DNA of 64,000 bases. It comes from Phallusia mammillata. Lineage: Eukaryota. The stretch spans positions 13,888,001 through 13,952,000 of the forward strand of contig OZ281496.1 in assembly GCA_965637545.1 (NCBI GenBank), in the 5' to 3' direction. The position numbers and the translations under genes were made by a program. Shown in pieces: positions 47,631 through 61,400 of this stretch. Each line of letters begins with the position of its first letter. The stretch's first letter is position 1. The notes below the pieces were generated by a model. The model was not told the origin of the DNA and searched no databases. It saw only the letters and a list, made by a program, of their open reading frames with translations.

Positions 47631-50064
47631 GAGATATATATTTCACCTATTCAGACATCGTCAGTCTCTAAAAACTGCAAACAACGAAGGTAAATTAAAA
47701 GAGAACAGATGTAAAAGCATACAAAATAAAATAGTAAAAAACTTAAAACACTAAAAGCATTTATGTCTAGTTTGGTTAACACAGTTTACACGAGCACAAA
47801 AGCGTAAAGTAATGAGGACGAAAAAACAGACGCAACGGCGGAAAAAAGGTGAGAGGCGTAAAACGGAAAAAGATAACGTCAACAGACACGCGCAAGATTA
47901 GAAATAACTCTGCGGATCAGCGCAATCTAGGTAAAACCATTTTTTGTATATTGATAGTGGCCTGTGTTATTTTAAGCCACTTGGTTTCACATGCATCCAG
48001 GTCTTTAGGTGCCGGCTGCTGTAGAAACGTTACGCTAAAACATTGTGTTATGTCGGGGTGTGTTGAAAAAACTGCTGTGTGTTTTGTGGCGTAGTGGTGC
48101 AATAATGCTGCATTGTCATTTTCCTCATTTACTTTGTGTTCTTTCCATGTGGATCTGTGATGTGTCCAACGGGTGCTAAACCGTTTTTTTGTTTGTCCAA
48201 TGTATTGCGCGCTACATATGTTGCAAGTAGCCGCATATATGCCGTAGCACTTGCAGTCCAGGTCTTGCTTCAATTCTAAAACTTGTCCGTCTGTTGTGAA
48301 CTTGCGCTGTTTATAAACAATGCTCTTATGACTACCATGATTGCCACACAAAGCACACTTTTCGCAAGGGCGCGACTGGCCGATGGGCTGTTTTGACGCA
48401 TGGGCCAAGCTTCTGTAATTAGTCAGGAGGTTCCCCAGGGTACTTGCTCTTTTATAAACTACAGTCGCGGAAAGTTGTAAGTCCCTTTTCTTAGCTGTTA
48501 ACTTCAAGGCCTGTGGGAAAGCTGTACCCCAAGCTATCCTTGGTTTGTGGGATCGACAAGTTGGTGACGCGAACCGTTTCATCCAAGTTTTCGAAACACT
48601 TAAACACTGTTCTGTAATGCTTTTTAGTACGGTTGGCGTCAAACAGTCGAGTAGTCGGTTCCACAAGGTTCCGGGCCCCACTGCAAAGCACTTCGCCAAT
48701 ACCAACCCAGCATATGTATATCCGCTGTTTAAAACTTACAAACTGCGAAAGGATGTCCTAAAGGAAGTGACAGCTTTAGAGATCCCGGTCAGACTAGTAC
48801 AAGCAGCAGGGAACACCTACCTCTCTCGCTGTACAATGTTTTTAGAATCTTTGCTTAAGCCAATTTGCATAGATTACTGTACTAAAGGTGTCAATGAATA
48901 CTGCAAGGACACTCAAGACTATCTTAAAGCATTGGTTGCGTGGCAGTTGGAAACTAGTCAGTTGCATCAAGAAACACCGGAACTATTTATTGCGGCTGCA
49001 GATGTTGTCGGACTTTATCCTAACATCCCTAGAGATTTGATAACGAAGTCTCTTTCTCGAGACCTTCGTCGTCACACTGCGATCCCGACCACGTCTCGTA
49101 AGTGCATTGTCGATTTTGTAATATTTACGATAAATAATGCAATTATACAGTACGGCGGAAAAGCATACAGACAGAAAGAGGGCATTGCCACCGGTGAGAA
49201 CCATTCTGTTTCCCTAGCCAACATAGCTATGCACTATGTTGTGGAGTCGGTCGCCCCAGCAATAAGAAAAGCTGAGATATTTAAAAGGTACATCGACGAT
49301 ATTCTGTGGATTTCGTTTGGACGGAAAGCCACCAAGGAAATAAAGTTAGCGTTGCAAGCTGCTTTTCACAAATCCGGTTTAAAGCTCACATTTCGGGAAA
49401 TTTCCAATAGAGATCGGAAAGGGAGTGTGGAATTTCTTGATGTTTTGCACTGCTATTTAAGTGTTACAAAGTTACATTTCGTCACCAAAGACCACGTGAA
49501 AGAAACAAGCAAACACCGTTGCTTCCTGTACGGAACTTCCCATCACCCTTCACATGTATTTCGGGGCATTGTGTTGGGTGAGGCCAGCAGATTAAGAAGG
49601 CTGAATGAGTTGGACAAAGACTATTTCACCAGTCTGGAACGACTCAGGGAAAAGTGCCAAAGATCTGCGTTTCCCGAACGCATTACAGAACAGTGTTTCG
49701 AAAACTTGGATGAAACGGTTCGCGTCACCAACTTGTCGATCCCGCAAACCAAGGATAGCTTGGGGTACAGCTTTCCCACAGGCCTTGAAGTTAACAGCTA
49801 AGAAAAGGGACTTACAACTTTCCGCGACTGTAGTTTATAAAAGAGCAAGTACCCTGGGGAACCTTCTGACTAATTACAGAAGCTTGGCCCATGCGTCAAA
49901 ACAGCCCGCCGGCCAGTCGCGCCCTTGCGAAAAGTGTGCTTTGTGTGGCAATCATGGTAGTCATAAGAGCATGGTTTATAAACAGCGCAAGTTCACAACA
50001 CACGGACAAGTTTTAGAATTGAAGCAAGACCTGGACTGCAAGTGCTACGGCATATATGCGGCTA
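47631..50064. mobile_element. Inverted second copy of the head-to-head Penelope-like element
   Basis: GIY-YIG ORF 47917-48705 (-) is intact. RT ORF 48545-49801 (+) has an 8-nt deletion frameshift near 49695 and continues in 49605-50222. Hammerhead at 47631-47668 (-). Confidence 0.92.
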
Positions 50065-52833
50065 TGTTGCCTGCCAGGGCATTTCATGCAAACTATGTTG
50101 AAATAGCAAAAGTGCTGGAACTTGTTTCACTCAATTTAGATTTAAAATGCAGTTTACAAAATGTTTTGAGTAATTTAACTCACCTGTATCTTATAAAATT
50201 AAGTATGATCAGCTTTTCCTGACATTGCCAACAGAAACAAAACTTGATTTTAGGGTGCTGAATCTTGCTCTTAGATAATTCATGGCGTACAGGCTGCACA
50301 ACTTATTATTCAGTTTTGTTCATATTTGTATGCATACATCTACTACAATGCCTATCAAATCACTATACTGAATGCCAGCAATATACATCCGTTGGCAAAG
50401 GTACTTCTCAGTTCCAAATTAAGCTCTGATATAATGTTTTAACTCGACTTTCGAATATAAAAGCGCTGTTCGGCATTTTCAAGCTTGCAATACATGTAAA
50501 CGGTTCACAACAAAAACATGGCCCAAAACATACATGGCCTAAACTAAGTTCAAACGTTTTTTACTTCCAAATATCACATGACCCAAATCCGGAAGGATGT
50601 AGCTATCTTGTTAGATTCATGTCTAAAATACTCAAAAAAGCACGCAAACCACTTATATTGCCACTTAGTAATGATTTATTTCAACACTAACTTAATAACG
50701 TATATCCAGTACACCTATACTAATACACATCACAGTCAATCTACGCATATTTATAGGTTATTACACACTCGAATACATGCGTCCTATTAATCTAGAAATC
50801 ATATCTGAAAAAATCCCTATACAAATGGCTAAAACAAAAATTATCGTCACTTTTCCACTCTCTCCCCATTGCCCGCAATGCATTTTTGGGGGTTATTTTT
50901 CAGCCGCCATTACGCTTCGCTTCAACCGTGACGGCCAGTAGCGCAATCCAGGGTTTATAGAGATCAGTGGTCAAAACAATTAAATGTGTGTTTTTCTCTG
51001 TAAAACGATTCATGCAATGTAAAGACGATAAGTTTTTACAGGCAATTTTATTGCCTTGCAACATGATGATATCTTAGGAATACGATAGTGTCCAGAATGT
51101 TTTGATCAAAGGTAATAATCTGATTATGTACAAGCAATCAAGTAAGAATATGTGCAAGCAATAGATTAAGATTACATGTACGACTGGTGTCATATAAAAT
51201 TAAACAATCAACAAGATTTTGTATGCTTTCTTCGAAATCAGTTGGTAAATAGTTAGCGCTGTACCCTCCTCCCTCACTGTTTTCTTACATGTCCACAGGG
51301 AATCCGGCAATTTTTTATGGTGTGTTCTTGCATAAAATTGTGTTAGTTTGTTAACCCCTCTACCATCGAGTTACTAAATAAAAATAGTAATATGTAAAGA
51401 AAGTCATATTCCGGATAACCTTGATTTCTGTTGTTTAAATTGTGCAAGGCAGTTGTGGACAAAGTTGTATGGTTGAAAGCTTTGATTGGTGAGTGACGAG
51501 TTGCTGTTGATGTGCAGTAAGCGTGACAAGCCCATAATGGAATGCTTACAGCGTCAGAAATGTTTACGTCTCAGATCGTACCATTTTTGCTTTGGGCATG
51601 TGGCTAAACGACCTAAACTATATTATGTTTAAAGATTACAAATGCAATGTATCCAAATTGTAATTTAAGTTAGTAAATGTTCGGTAAAGTATTCAGTTCT
51701 AATATAGTCAGTTGTGTATGAAACTTGGTGTCACATGTGATCCAGAAATTTTACCGCGCAACCTACAACGCTAATGGTAAATTTAGGCCCACAGATACAA
51801 ATCGCACATTTACGCCGAAGTCTAAATTAAACTACACCTAAAATTACAACACTGTATTAATGTAAACAAGCATACTTCAATAGAGAGGCCAAGCAAAAAT
51901 GTTTTTATTGTCATTATTGAAAAGATCAATTGTTAAGTTTCTAGTTTCCGCATACGCAATTTTGAACATTAATTTTGCTGGTTTTTGTGTTGTTTCATTT
52001 TGTTCGTGGACAATGGCCACATTTGTATCGGCATGTACTACTTGTGTTACATGCAAAGTATGCTAGCAAAAGCATTAAAACTGCTTCTAAACAAGAAGAG
52101 TTTGGACAGCATTCATCCTACCAACGTATTGCTTGTCTCGGGCATCTCTTTCCATATCGTCATGATGACGTTTTCGCTACATTTGAGTTCCCAAGGCAGA
52201 TCCTTATTTTGTAAACGCGACACTTTCGTTCCATAATCTTTCTCCGAAGACCTCATCCTTGGCAAACTCCCACAGTTCCTTTCGAGCACAGTCTTTAAAG
52301 TACTCTTCGCTCATTTGAGTAGCATCGTCGAATGAGCAGTTTTAATATGTTTGGGGAGCGTACGTCGGTTTTCCGAGTTGTTAATATTTTGTGTTGAATT
52401 TAACAAGCGCCTTTGAAATCCCAGGTAATCTCTTTCACAAAATCTCGATTGTTACAAATACTCAGTTAGAATTTTCTCAATGCCTTGGTTTAGTTTTGTG
52501 GCAATCGTTAACTTTCGCCAAGCTTATATTTTAAGTTGTCTCCCATTTATAATAATTTGCATTCAGTCACTAAATGCACATGGGTTGGGTATGCATTTAA
52601 GGACAAGACCCCTTACTCTTGTTTGATTAAGGTTGCAGCAATATCTGATGTGATATGAACAAGCTTTTGCAATTAGACCTGTCGAGTCGCTTCGTCTTCA
52701 TAGACAAAAAGTATAATTTGCTTCGGTGCATTTGATCTAATTTGTCTGTAAGCATCAAATTGTAAAGCACAAAAAACACATTCAAAAATTTAGTGCAGTC
52801 TGCTACTCCTAATGGCGTAGATACAGTTTAACT

Positions 52834-53661
52834 CAGGGGTCTACAACTTAACGGTTGTCCCAGGCTAATTTTCTAGAGACCGCGGGCCACTAATTACTAT
52901 ATGCTACCAATCATAGAAAATAGACAGTTCATGGTCCCTTAGTGGCTAACGGCGTTATTTTTGTTGACCTCCAAGAGCTCATGACTTTACAATCTTACAT
53001 GCGTGTTCATTAATGCTTTTTTTATTTCATAAAATTCAACAACAAAAAAATCAATTGTTTTGCGCATAATTCCATATCTTAGTTTTGCCTGTGATGTCTC
53101 AATCCGCTCTTAGATCATTGATATGGGTAACTAATTGATAATATGTAGGTAAAATAATTCATAAAGCTATAGTGAAACAAAGGTTAAATTACATTTAGTA
53201 GCTTAAGCTGATTAATTGGTTTTAGCATTGAATTGAGCGTGGACCGCGGAAAATTACGAGACGGCTGTTATGTAAATAAAATGGTTTGGAAACCACTGAC
53301 CTATACGCATCTGAAAAAGTCAAATGCGACCAGCATAAGTGGGTTTGCCCTCAAAAATTTCCTTATCCCCAAGCTAAACAAAAATAGTGTACACAAAAAA
53401 CTTAACGGATTTTAACTTTACGCTTTGATGAGACGCATTATTTCATCACAATTATACTAATAATCTATCACAACGGTTAAATTTGGTATTTTAACTTATT
53501 TATTTTGAATTGTGAAATACTTGAAGGGGAAATAAAACAAACACATCCTTTAAATTTTACAAGATATTACTTTGACTTTTCATTGCCAATAACGCCGTGG
53601 GCCACGGAAAACTGCCTGACGGGCCACATGTGGCCCGCGGGCAGCGTGTTGGAGACCACTG
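52834..53661. mobile_element. hAT-Charlie MITE (composite)
   Basis: CAGGGGTCTACAAC / GTTGGAGACCACTG with perfect 8-bp TSD GTTTAACT. Confidence 0.85.
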
Positions 53662-54579
53662 GTTTAACTCATGTCGTCACTGAGCGTACAGTGGCAGTCT
53701 TTTCTTCGTCATGTTTTTTTTCAAACAATCACTTTTAGACAATAATGTTGGTGACGTTAGGGTGCCTTAAGTGTCAATGACATCATATTAGTATTTAAAT
53801 TGTTACACGCACGAATTAATAACCAACGGAAAAAATGTAGCAAAACTTATTCAGAAAAACTCTGTTGGTTAGTCATTAGAGTACAAAAATGACGCTCCAT
53901 CAAACTAAATTACAATTGAGCAAACAGAAACGCATGCATGATGCAAGAACTGGTTTGTCAAATACTAATTTCGATTGTACTTTTTCTCACTTGAATCTTT
54001 CTTCATTTATAAACTTTTCTTATGCAAAGTTTGCCGACCACTCATTTAAGGAATGTGCAGGGGCTCTTTCCAACCGGGAAGTATGCATTTTCCGTTATTT
54101 TCGAACATATAATTTTGCAACTCCGCTTTTAATGAGGAGTTTATAATTACTTCTGGCGGTAAACGATTTGGTCCTACAGCTGACGGCTTTGTCTTTTGCG
54201 TAGTATTTCCAAATCCTTCGCCATTTTCTCCCGTCCGTATGCGTCCACCTTTTCCAAAGGGTTTTGTTAAAGTAATCGTAAAGTACAATATCCTGAACAC
54301 AAAAGAAACCAAACTGTTACGGAACACAACGTTACTTTAACCCAAATCAAGCCTAGAAATAAGAATGCGCGGTATTCGAATCTATAAACTATCGCTTGAC
54401 GCTTCTTAAATAACAACAGAAGTTTACTACTCCTGCCAAGTCATGCGACTTAACGTATAGAAGCTTACTATGAACAGTGTTATACATAATATCGGATTCC
54501 AGAAAGAGCGTTACAAAACTTTTTCTGTGCTTACGTACAATGTTATAGAGTTGCTGAAAGTTTTTCTTCTCCTGTTCAT

Positions 54580-56336
54580 CAATTAGGGATTTTCGATTGT
54601 ACAAATTTTTGTTTAAATAGGCAAAATTGCTTACAACATCCCAATCGCAACACAGTAGATCCTAACACAAAAAAGATATTTTTCGGTTCAAAAGGTCCAA
54701 AGTTTAACGTTGAAATATTCTTGCAAAAAAACAAACAATTATCTTTGATGATTTGCATCAAATCTATTCGCAACTCTTTTAAAAGAAGTCGTTGTTGGTT
54801 ACATTTCAAGTTAGAACATGTTAAATAGAAGTTTGCATCTCAAACAAGCCTTTGAGTATGAGAGACTCCTCAAGATGTTCAAGCAGCATAACTAGATCCA
54901 TGTTTTTATCCAATTCTCGTATCTGTCTTTTAACTTCTTTGTCATCGTTCAACATCGAGTCAATTCCTAAATCATATGACTGAGAATTTCGGTATCTGTA
55001 CAAAGAAGGTTGGTTTCGTTTTAATCGAGTGTTTGTGACAGATCCTCGAGTCACTTCATCATTTTCAAACAATTTGTTCACCGCATTGGCACAAAACTGG
55101 CCTGAAATAAAAAGGAGCCGACGAATTGAGCAAGAATACTGATCGGATATTCCGCAGTCTGCAACTGCAAAATGTAAGCCATATGATGCAGAACGAAAAG
55201 GAAACGGAACAGTGTGATTTAAATACAATGTAACTGAGGCGAACCATTCAAACGTGACTGTTGGTACACCATTTTGTTAATTCGTAGTCCCTAAAAGCAG
55301 GCCTGCACAACACAAAACATTTCAAGTGCCGCAACGGGAAAAACTTTTGTCGCGCAAGCGCAAAAATTGGGAATGAAGTCATGCAATTCACATGCAAGTC
55401 CGTTCTTATAAATCGAAGCAGTACTAAAACATAGCATATTTTAGCGGCAGCATGGAGTAGGACTGCCCAAAAATAAACCTTTTCCAGATCACAAATGAAA
55501 GCGTAAAATTCTGTGCATTTCGAATGAACATCTAAAGTAAACTGTCAAGTCACAAAGACGGTACTACTAACGCTGAGCACAGGCTGGGGCCCGACCTGAG
55601 AACTTCTGGTAGGTGGTGCAACAAAGCATAGGCGTTTATGGTGCTGTTACAGCAATTTGGGTTTATGATAAGAATAATAGCTTAGTCAGCACCATAAACG
55701 CATATGCTCTTTTGCGCCACCTACCAGAAGTTCTCAGGTCTGGCCCCAGCCTATGCTCAGCGTTAGTAGTTCTACCGTCTTTGTGACTTGACAGTTTACT
55801 TTAGATGTTAGCCACAAAGACAATGCCAAAAAAAGGAAACAAACACAGTGAGTAGTGGTTGTTGCGATGAGTTTCATGTTATTTTAATCGAACAAAACCG
55901 AACTCTGCAATCATATCTTTTGTTGTAAACCACGTTATCCGAAGTTGCAAACCTTACCTGTGACACGTTATGTTTATTCATGAATTTGTGGAGCAACCAC
56001 TAGTAACCAGTGTTATGAGTCTTTACAAACACGAACTTGAGCATAGGCCCGGAACATTTTTTATTTTCCATTCTGATCACTGGAGTAATGTTTGCGTGTT
56101 GTTGAATAATTGGCTACCAAAAACAAACAGGACCATATAAGAGGCGATGCACAGTGATAAAGATAACTAAGATCGGTGTATAAACACAGCAGATTAGAAC
56201 AGATAATGAGATACGCAACACTTACCTTTACATCGATTACCGGTTTTATCGGTGTAATAAGCATAAAACATATTGCGGTCAATGATAGAAAAACTGAAAT
56301 AATAAAACCGTTACGACACAGCTCTAGTCTGTTCAT
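54580..56336 (-). pseudogene. Galactose-3-O-sulfotransferase (Gal3ST-like) pseudogene
   Basis: Exons 56336-56226 (signal anchor) and 56113-55958 (KFVFVKTHNTGY*). C-terminal block RNSQSYDLG..IRELDKNMDLVMLLEHLEESLILK at about 55000-54850 matches the Gal3ST RN..SFDLG..FDLV.I.E.FDESL.LL pattern. Confidence 0.75.
55527..55809. repeat. Fold-back insertion, about 120-bp imperfect arms
   Basis: 55527-55646 pairs with 55687-55809; 9-bp direct repeat CACAAAGAC at 55551 and 55813. Absent from the paralogue near 33525. Confidence 0.9.
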
Positions 56337-58463
56337 TATGGTCCCGATGCTCTGTAAAAACCGGTCACATTCAAACTAAGTTAAGCATGCCAGAATACCT
56401 TCTGTGTGCTGAACTACTGTAGTACCAACATGCCCCTATGTTTTAAACACGATACTAAAATTTAAGTTATTTGAATTGCATTTCGTCAACAGCAACAAGT
56501 TGTTTAAGCTTCATACTGTGCACAGTGCAATCAACAGCTACGCGGTGTATTAGAATCATTGTTGATGCAAACAGCGAGCCCACGACAGAACAAGCACAGG
56601 AACTAACCTGTCAATGGCAGAGCTGGATTACCCATTTGACGTGCTTTATGACTACTGAATCATGATCATAACGAACTCTAACAGAAGCACGCCATAGTTT
56701 GCGGTGCAGTATATCGCTGTTTAGTGTATACTAAGAGGTATTTTTATTGCGTCACGCGATTATGGGACAAATCATCAATAACCATTGGTTTTCTCTTGAT
56801 TGTTTTGTTAGATATTGATCATTTTTGTCAAACCGCACAGACGTCTCTGATTTGCCTGATGTCGACAGACTTGTCGCTTGGATAGCCAGGCTCTCAGGGA
56901 CACATCATTTGTCAGTAGATCGTGTAATTGTGGCAGCGTCTTTCAGCAGAACAGAAGTGACCGGAAATAAGCTATTGCTGCCAGGCATAATGTGCCTAAA
57001 TTTTCTATACTTTTAGGATCTGGAAGGATTCGTCGCGTAAAACGCGTCTGATCGCTGCTAAGTATATGTTTGCTTATTACTGATTTAACTATCAAATTCA
57101 CGAATGCGCAGCTGTGTTGTCCCTTCGTGGAGAGTTGTCAAGAAGAACACCGTACTTCATCAAACTCCTGTCTAACTGCTGAATGTTTTTGTTACATGGG
57201 AAGGAACAATAGGATAGGACACTCAATTAATTATTTGGACCAAAAGCCCCTGTCGTTTATTGTACGCTTTGTTGTTGTGCAGTTTAGGTTTCAAGTATTC
57301 CCATTCCTTTGCTTGTATGAAACTGTTTCACTATACGGGTGGCGTAGAATACGTTAGATAAAAGTCTAAAGTTGTTTGTTGAAAGGCGACCAAAAAAAAA
57401 AAAAACAGAAGCTAATTTTCTTTTCCAAAATCGCGACAACCATTTTACGAACGCGCAAAGACTGAGCACGCAGAATGTACAAATTCCTTTTTCGTTCGGC
57501 AACGGTTCAGTGCATGCATTTCTTCTCTTGTCACGCTGGTCACGTTTGACATTCACCATTGCTTTGAGATCCTTAGCGAAAATAAAAAAAACTTTGGCAA
57601 TTATATGTACCTACATAGCAAAGGTCTCGAGATGTGTGTGCAGTCCATGTTTCCTTGGCAGGTCTACTCACCCTTCTTGCTTATTCCCTGGCACCCACAC
57701 TTGCGTTTGATAAACAATTGTACAATTAACACTAAAAATGTAATAGAGTGGACAAAACAGCACGAATATAAGAGTAAACAGGGGGACAAACAGCGTTTCG
57801 AAGTGTCATTGTGTCAATCATCGACTTAAGTGTTTGGCAGTGGAAAATAGCATGAAAACAACAGACAAACAATATTTAATCGACACCAATTCGTTACAGT
57901 TCGGAGGGGTTGCATTTTGATCCGAAATAAGAATATATGAACAAAACAATCATATCTGCAGCGTACAATAGTCCATTAAGTCCTTGCAGAACTGTCACTT
58001 TTTGTGCAAGGCAAAAGAAACACTATTATTGGAAGAACATTGTAATTTTGTTTGTGTTGTATTTATGTAGAGACTGACGCTATTCCAACGCTCTGAATCA
58101 GCTCAATAAACGCGTTAACATAAGTTCAAAGTCAAAACTCACAAAAAGGCAGGATATAAAAAAGGACCCTGGTGTTTTCTGAATTCACGTTATATGTGCA
58201 AGACTATCACATAAGCAAGATAAAGCACCAATAAGAACTGTTTTACCACAGAAATACACAGGTTATATACACTGCAGAAGGTCTAGCTTGAGCCTTCAAA
58301 CATATGGACGGAAATTGCGAAACCGTAGTAAAGATTACTTTAAAGAAATGGCGATTGACTCAAATAAAAAAGCACTGACTTAAAACAACAGATAAACTGT
58401 GGTGGTCAGTTAGCCAGCGCCTACAGATTAACTACTACACTAAAACGTTGTGTGCTAACCATA

Positions 58464-61400
58464 TAGACCGGCAGCCCAGCGACATTTGGGTATGCGAATT
58501 AGATACCAATATCTGACTGTACAAGTGTGTTGAGGGTCACCAGAGGTCAATGAAAATGGGTGTCTGCCGGGTACCACCCACTGGGTATTCCCCCGGGGGA
58601 CCCCGAAAGCTGCTAAAAAATGGGTACAAAACAAACTGGAGAAATACCACTTGATTCCACCGCCATGGGATGCCCATTTAGATCCTCATACTAATTCCAC
58701 AAACGACAGACATTTTTCCCGCCTCATTTGGCCCGCCAGACCCCCCACAAAGGGCCCAAAAAGGGGGGTAGCATAAACGAGTGAGATACCACTCGCAACA
58801 AATGCCAAACGAACAACTTGAGTTTATACAATGATAATTGGAATACGACAGACTACTGTTCCGCTGCATCGCTAGTATCAGACTCCCTAAAGTTCGACTG
58901 TGTCATTGACGTGACAATACTGTTCTGACGTCAAATCCATTGTGGTGCAATTACCTTGTGCTATGCGTGACTGCATGATGTGCATTATAGTCTTTGCTGC
59001 TTGCAGTTAGTAACGAAATATTGTATGTGGAATTAGACAGGTTGTTTTAAATAGATCAGTGTGATTATTTAATAATATTAGTGTGCAACTAAACCAGAAC
59101 GCACGTTATTTAATAAGAGCGTAATAAACATTAACATTCATATGACTTATTTTCCATAAATCGTGAGTTCTTTAGGTGTGTTAAGGCCCGAGTCGAAGAA
59201 CCTACTCTGCAGACAGCAAACTCTAGAAACAGAGAGTTACATTCAATGACCTTTAGCACTATTGTGGCATTTATTGAATCAGAGGTGATCATAAATCGAC
59301 AGGCAATGTTGATTTCGTCTTTGTTTGACTTATACAAGACAGAATATCTTGGATATGGAGGAGCAGAAGACACATTGGATAGCTACAAAATACAGACCTT
59401 AACAAAGAAAATAAAAGACAAGTTCGGGGATCAAATATCCATCTCGCTCTTTAATAATCAAAGAGGGAACTTCTTGTACAGCTCTGTTTTATCAGAGGAA
59501 GATGGAAAGGCATGTTTGCGAAATGAGAAAGATAAACACCAAACCACTATAAGAAGTGCAGCCCTTTACTTGAGAAATGAAATTCTGCGCATGCCGAAAT
59601 GGGAAACACCTAGCCCTACATCCATTGAATCTTTGAAGACCTGCTCACCAGATCTACCCAAGGATCTGCTGTTGTTTTTTACGACCTTGCTTTGTGGACT
59701 TCGCAAAACTACCGGTGACACTAACAAGGATATCATAGAAAGAAAGGTCACTGCAATGTCATCTGATGCCGTGTTCAATACATCCCGTGGTTCAGTACAT
59801 CCATGGAAGCACACTGTACTGCGGGTTTGGGCATGGGAACCCTTGCAGGATCCAAACTGATTCTTCGGATTTTGAACCGTCTTGGATATAGCCTGAGTTA
59901 CGACGAAGTAAAGTCGTTGGAAACAGAATTCGCGTTTTCAACTGAAGAGAACGATGCACCAGATGGTATTAAGTTGAAATCAGATCTTGGAACAGGACTT
60001 GCGTGGGATAACTACGATGTCAACATGGACACTTTGGATGGAAAAGATACTTTACATGCGACTGTCGGGATTTGCTACCAAAACATCACAACAGATGAAA
60101 CAGTACCATACAGACCGATCTCTATCAGAAGTGGGAGGAACAGGCGTTTGTTCGGTGGAAGAGAACGTGAAATTACACCAATGCACCAGCAGCTAAGTAA
60201 AGCAACTTTTCAACTGTCAGCATCAGATGACCAGCATGGAACTATAGCAACTACTCAACGCAAAACTGATTTCTTTTGGTTAATGAGGTTTCAAGTTATG
60301 CCACAGCCACTGTTTGCTGGTTTCTTCTCACAGTTTGTCCATGATGACCTACCTCAGCAGAAGATCTGTTACATGGATCCTATAGCTTTGCCTCCAACAA
60401 GAAATGATGTTGTTCGCGAAACTATGATGAGAACTATGAAGGTGGCCGTAAAAACAAATCAAGAATTTGCAATTGTTTCCTATGACCTAGCAGTTGCACT
60501 CAAGGCCTACTCTATTCAGTCACTTGAAGCTCCACGTTTTGATCGTCTGTTAATAATGCTGGGTAACTTTCACCTGGAGTTATCGTTTTACGGTGCCATG
60601 GGGACTTTCATCAATGAATCTGGTGCAGGATACCTTCTGACAGAAAGTGGAATATTGGCAGAGGGTTCACTCAATGGATTCATGCGAGGAAAATACTACA
60701 ACCGCTGCACCAGAATTCATGAAATTTTGGCTGTAACAATGGAAAGGAAACTTTACGAAAGTTTCCAATCAAGTCTCCCACTGGAAAAGCAAGAAGCAAT
60801 ATGCACATTCTTACAAGATGCCACAAGAGATCCAATTGTGACGGAAGAGTTCCTTGAAACAAGTCAGGTGTTCAAGGAGCACATGGAGCAATATGAGGAC
60901 TTCTTTACCTGGGTGATTAAGGGTGCTTTGGGGCCAACAGCTCAATACTGGCGTATTTATGTGTACATGATAAATCGTATACACCGAGATCTTATGCGAG
61001 CTTTGCGTACCAATGATGTAGAAGGATACATTGCAATTCTTCCTCAAGTTATTGATGTATTTTTTGGTCTTAATCGTCCAAACTATGCTCGCTGGGGAGT
61101 GCTGTATCTGGAAAAGCTTAAAACTTTGGACCAAAAGTTTCTTTCCGTTCTAAAAAAAGGAGCGTTTTCCATTCGACGGACATTGAAGGACTTCTCTCGA
61201 ACTGCGGTAGACTTGTCCCTTGAGCAAACTGTAAACAGGGATGCAGCATCACCCATGAAAGGGATAACTGGCTTCCATAATTCCACCAACGCCATACGCC
61301 GTTGGTGCATCACTTCTACCCAGCGAGGGATGTCAGTGACCGAGTTGAGACGGCTGACAGGACTTCTACCAGAAGAACAACCAAGAACACAGCTTCATTC

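Larger units (their letters stand above)
38735..50970 (-). repeat. Right arm of large inverted duplication (or alternative haplotype) of 13424-30042
   Basis: Starts exactly at the gap. Nearly identical to about 46700, then visibly more divergent. Lacks the Harbinger insertion and the LTR internal region. Confidence 0.95.

Noticed and set aside
51950-52460. Coding-like stretch on the minus strand
   Set aside because: Multiple stops and no recognisable family motif.
57010-57060. Hammerhead-like CTGGAAGGA...AAAACGCGTC
   Set aside because: The core boxes and stem II do not fit the consensus.
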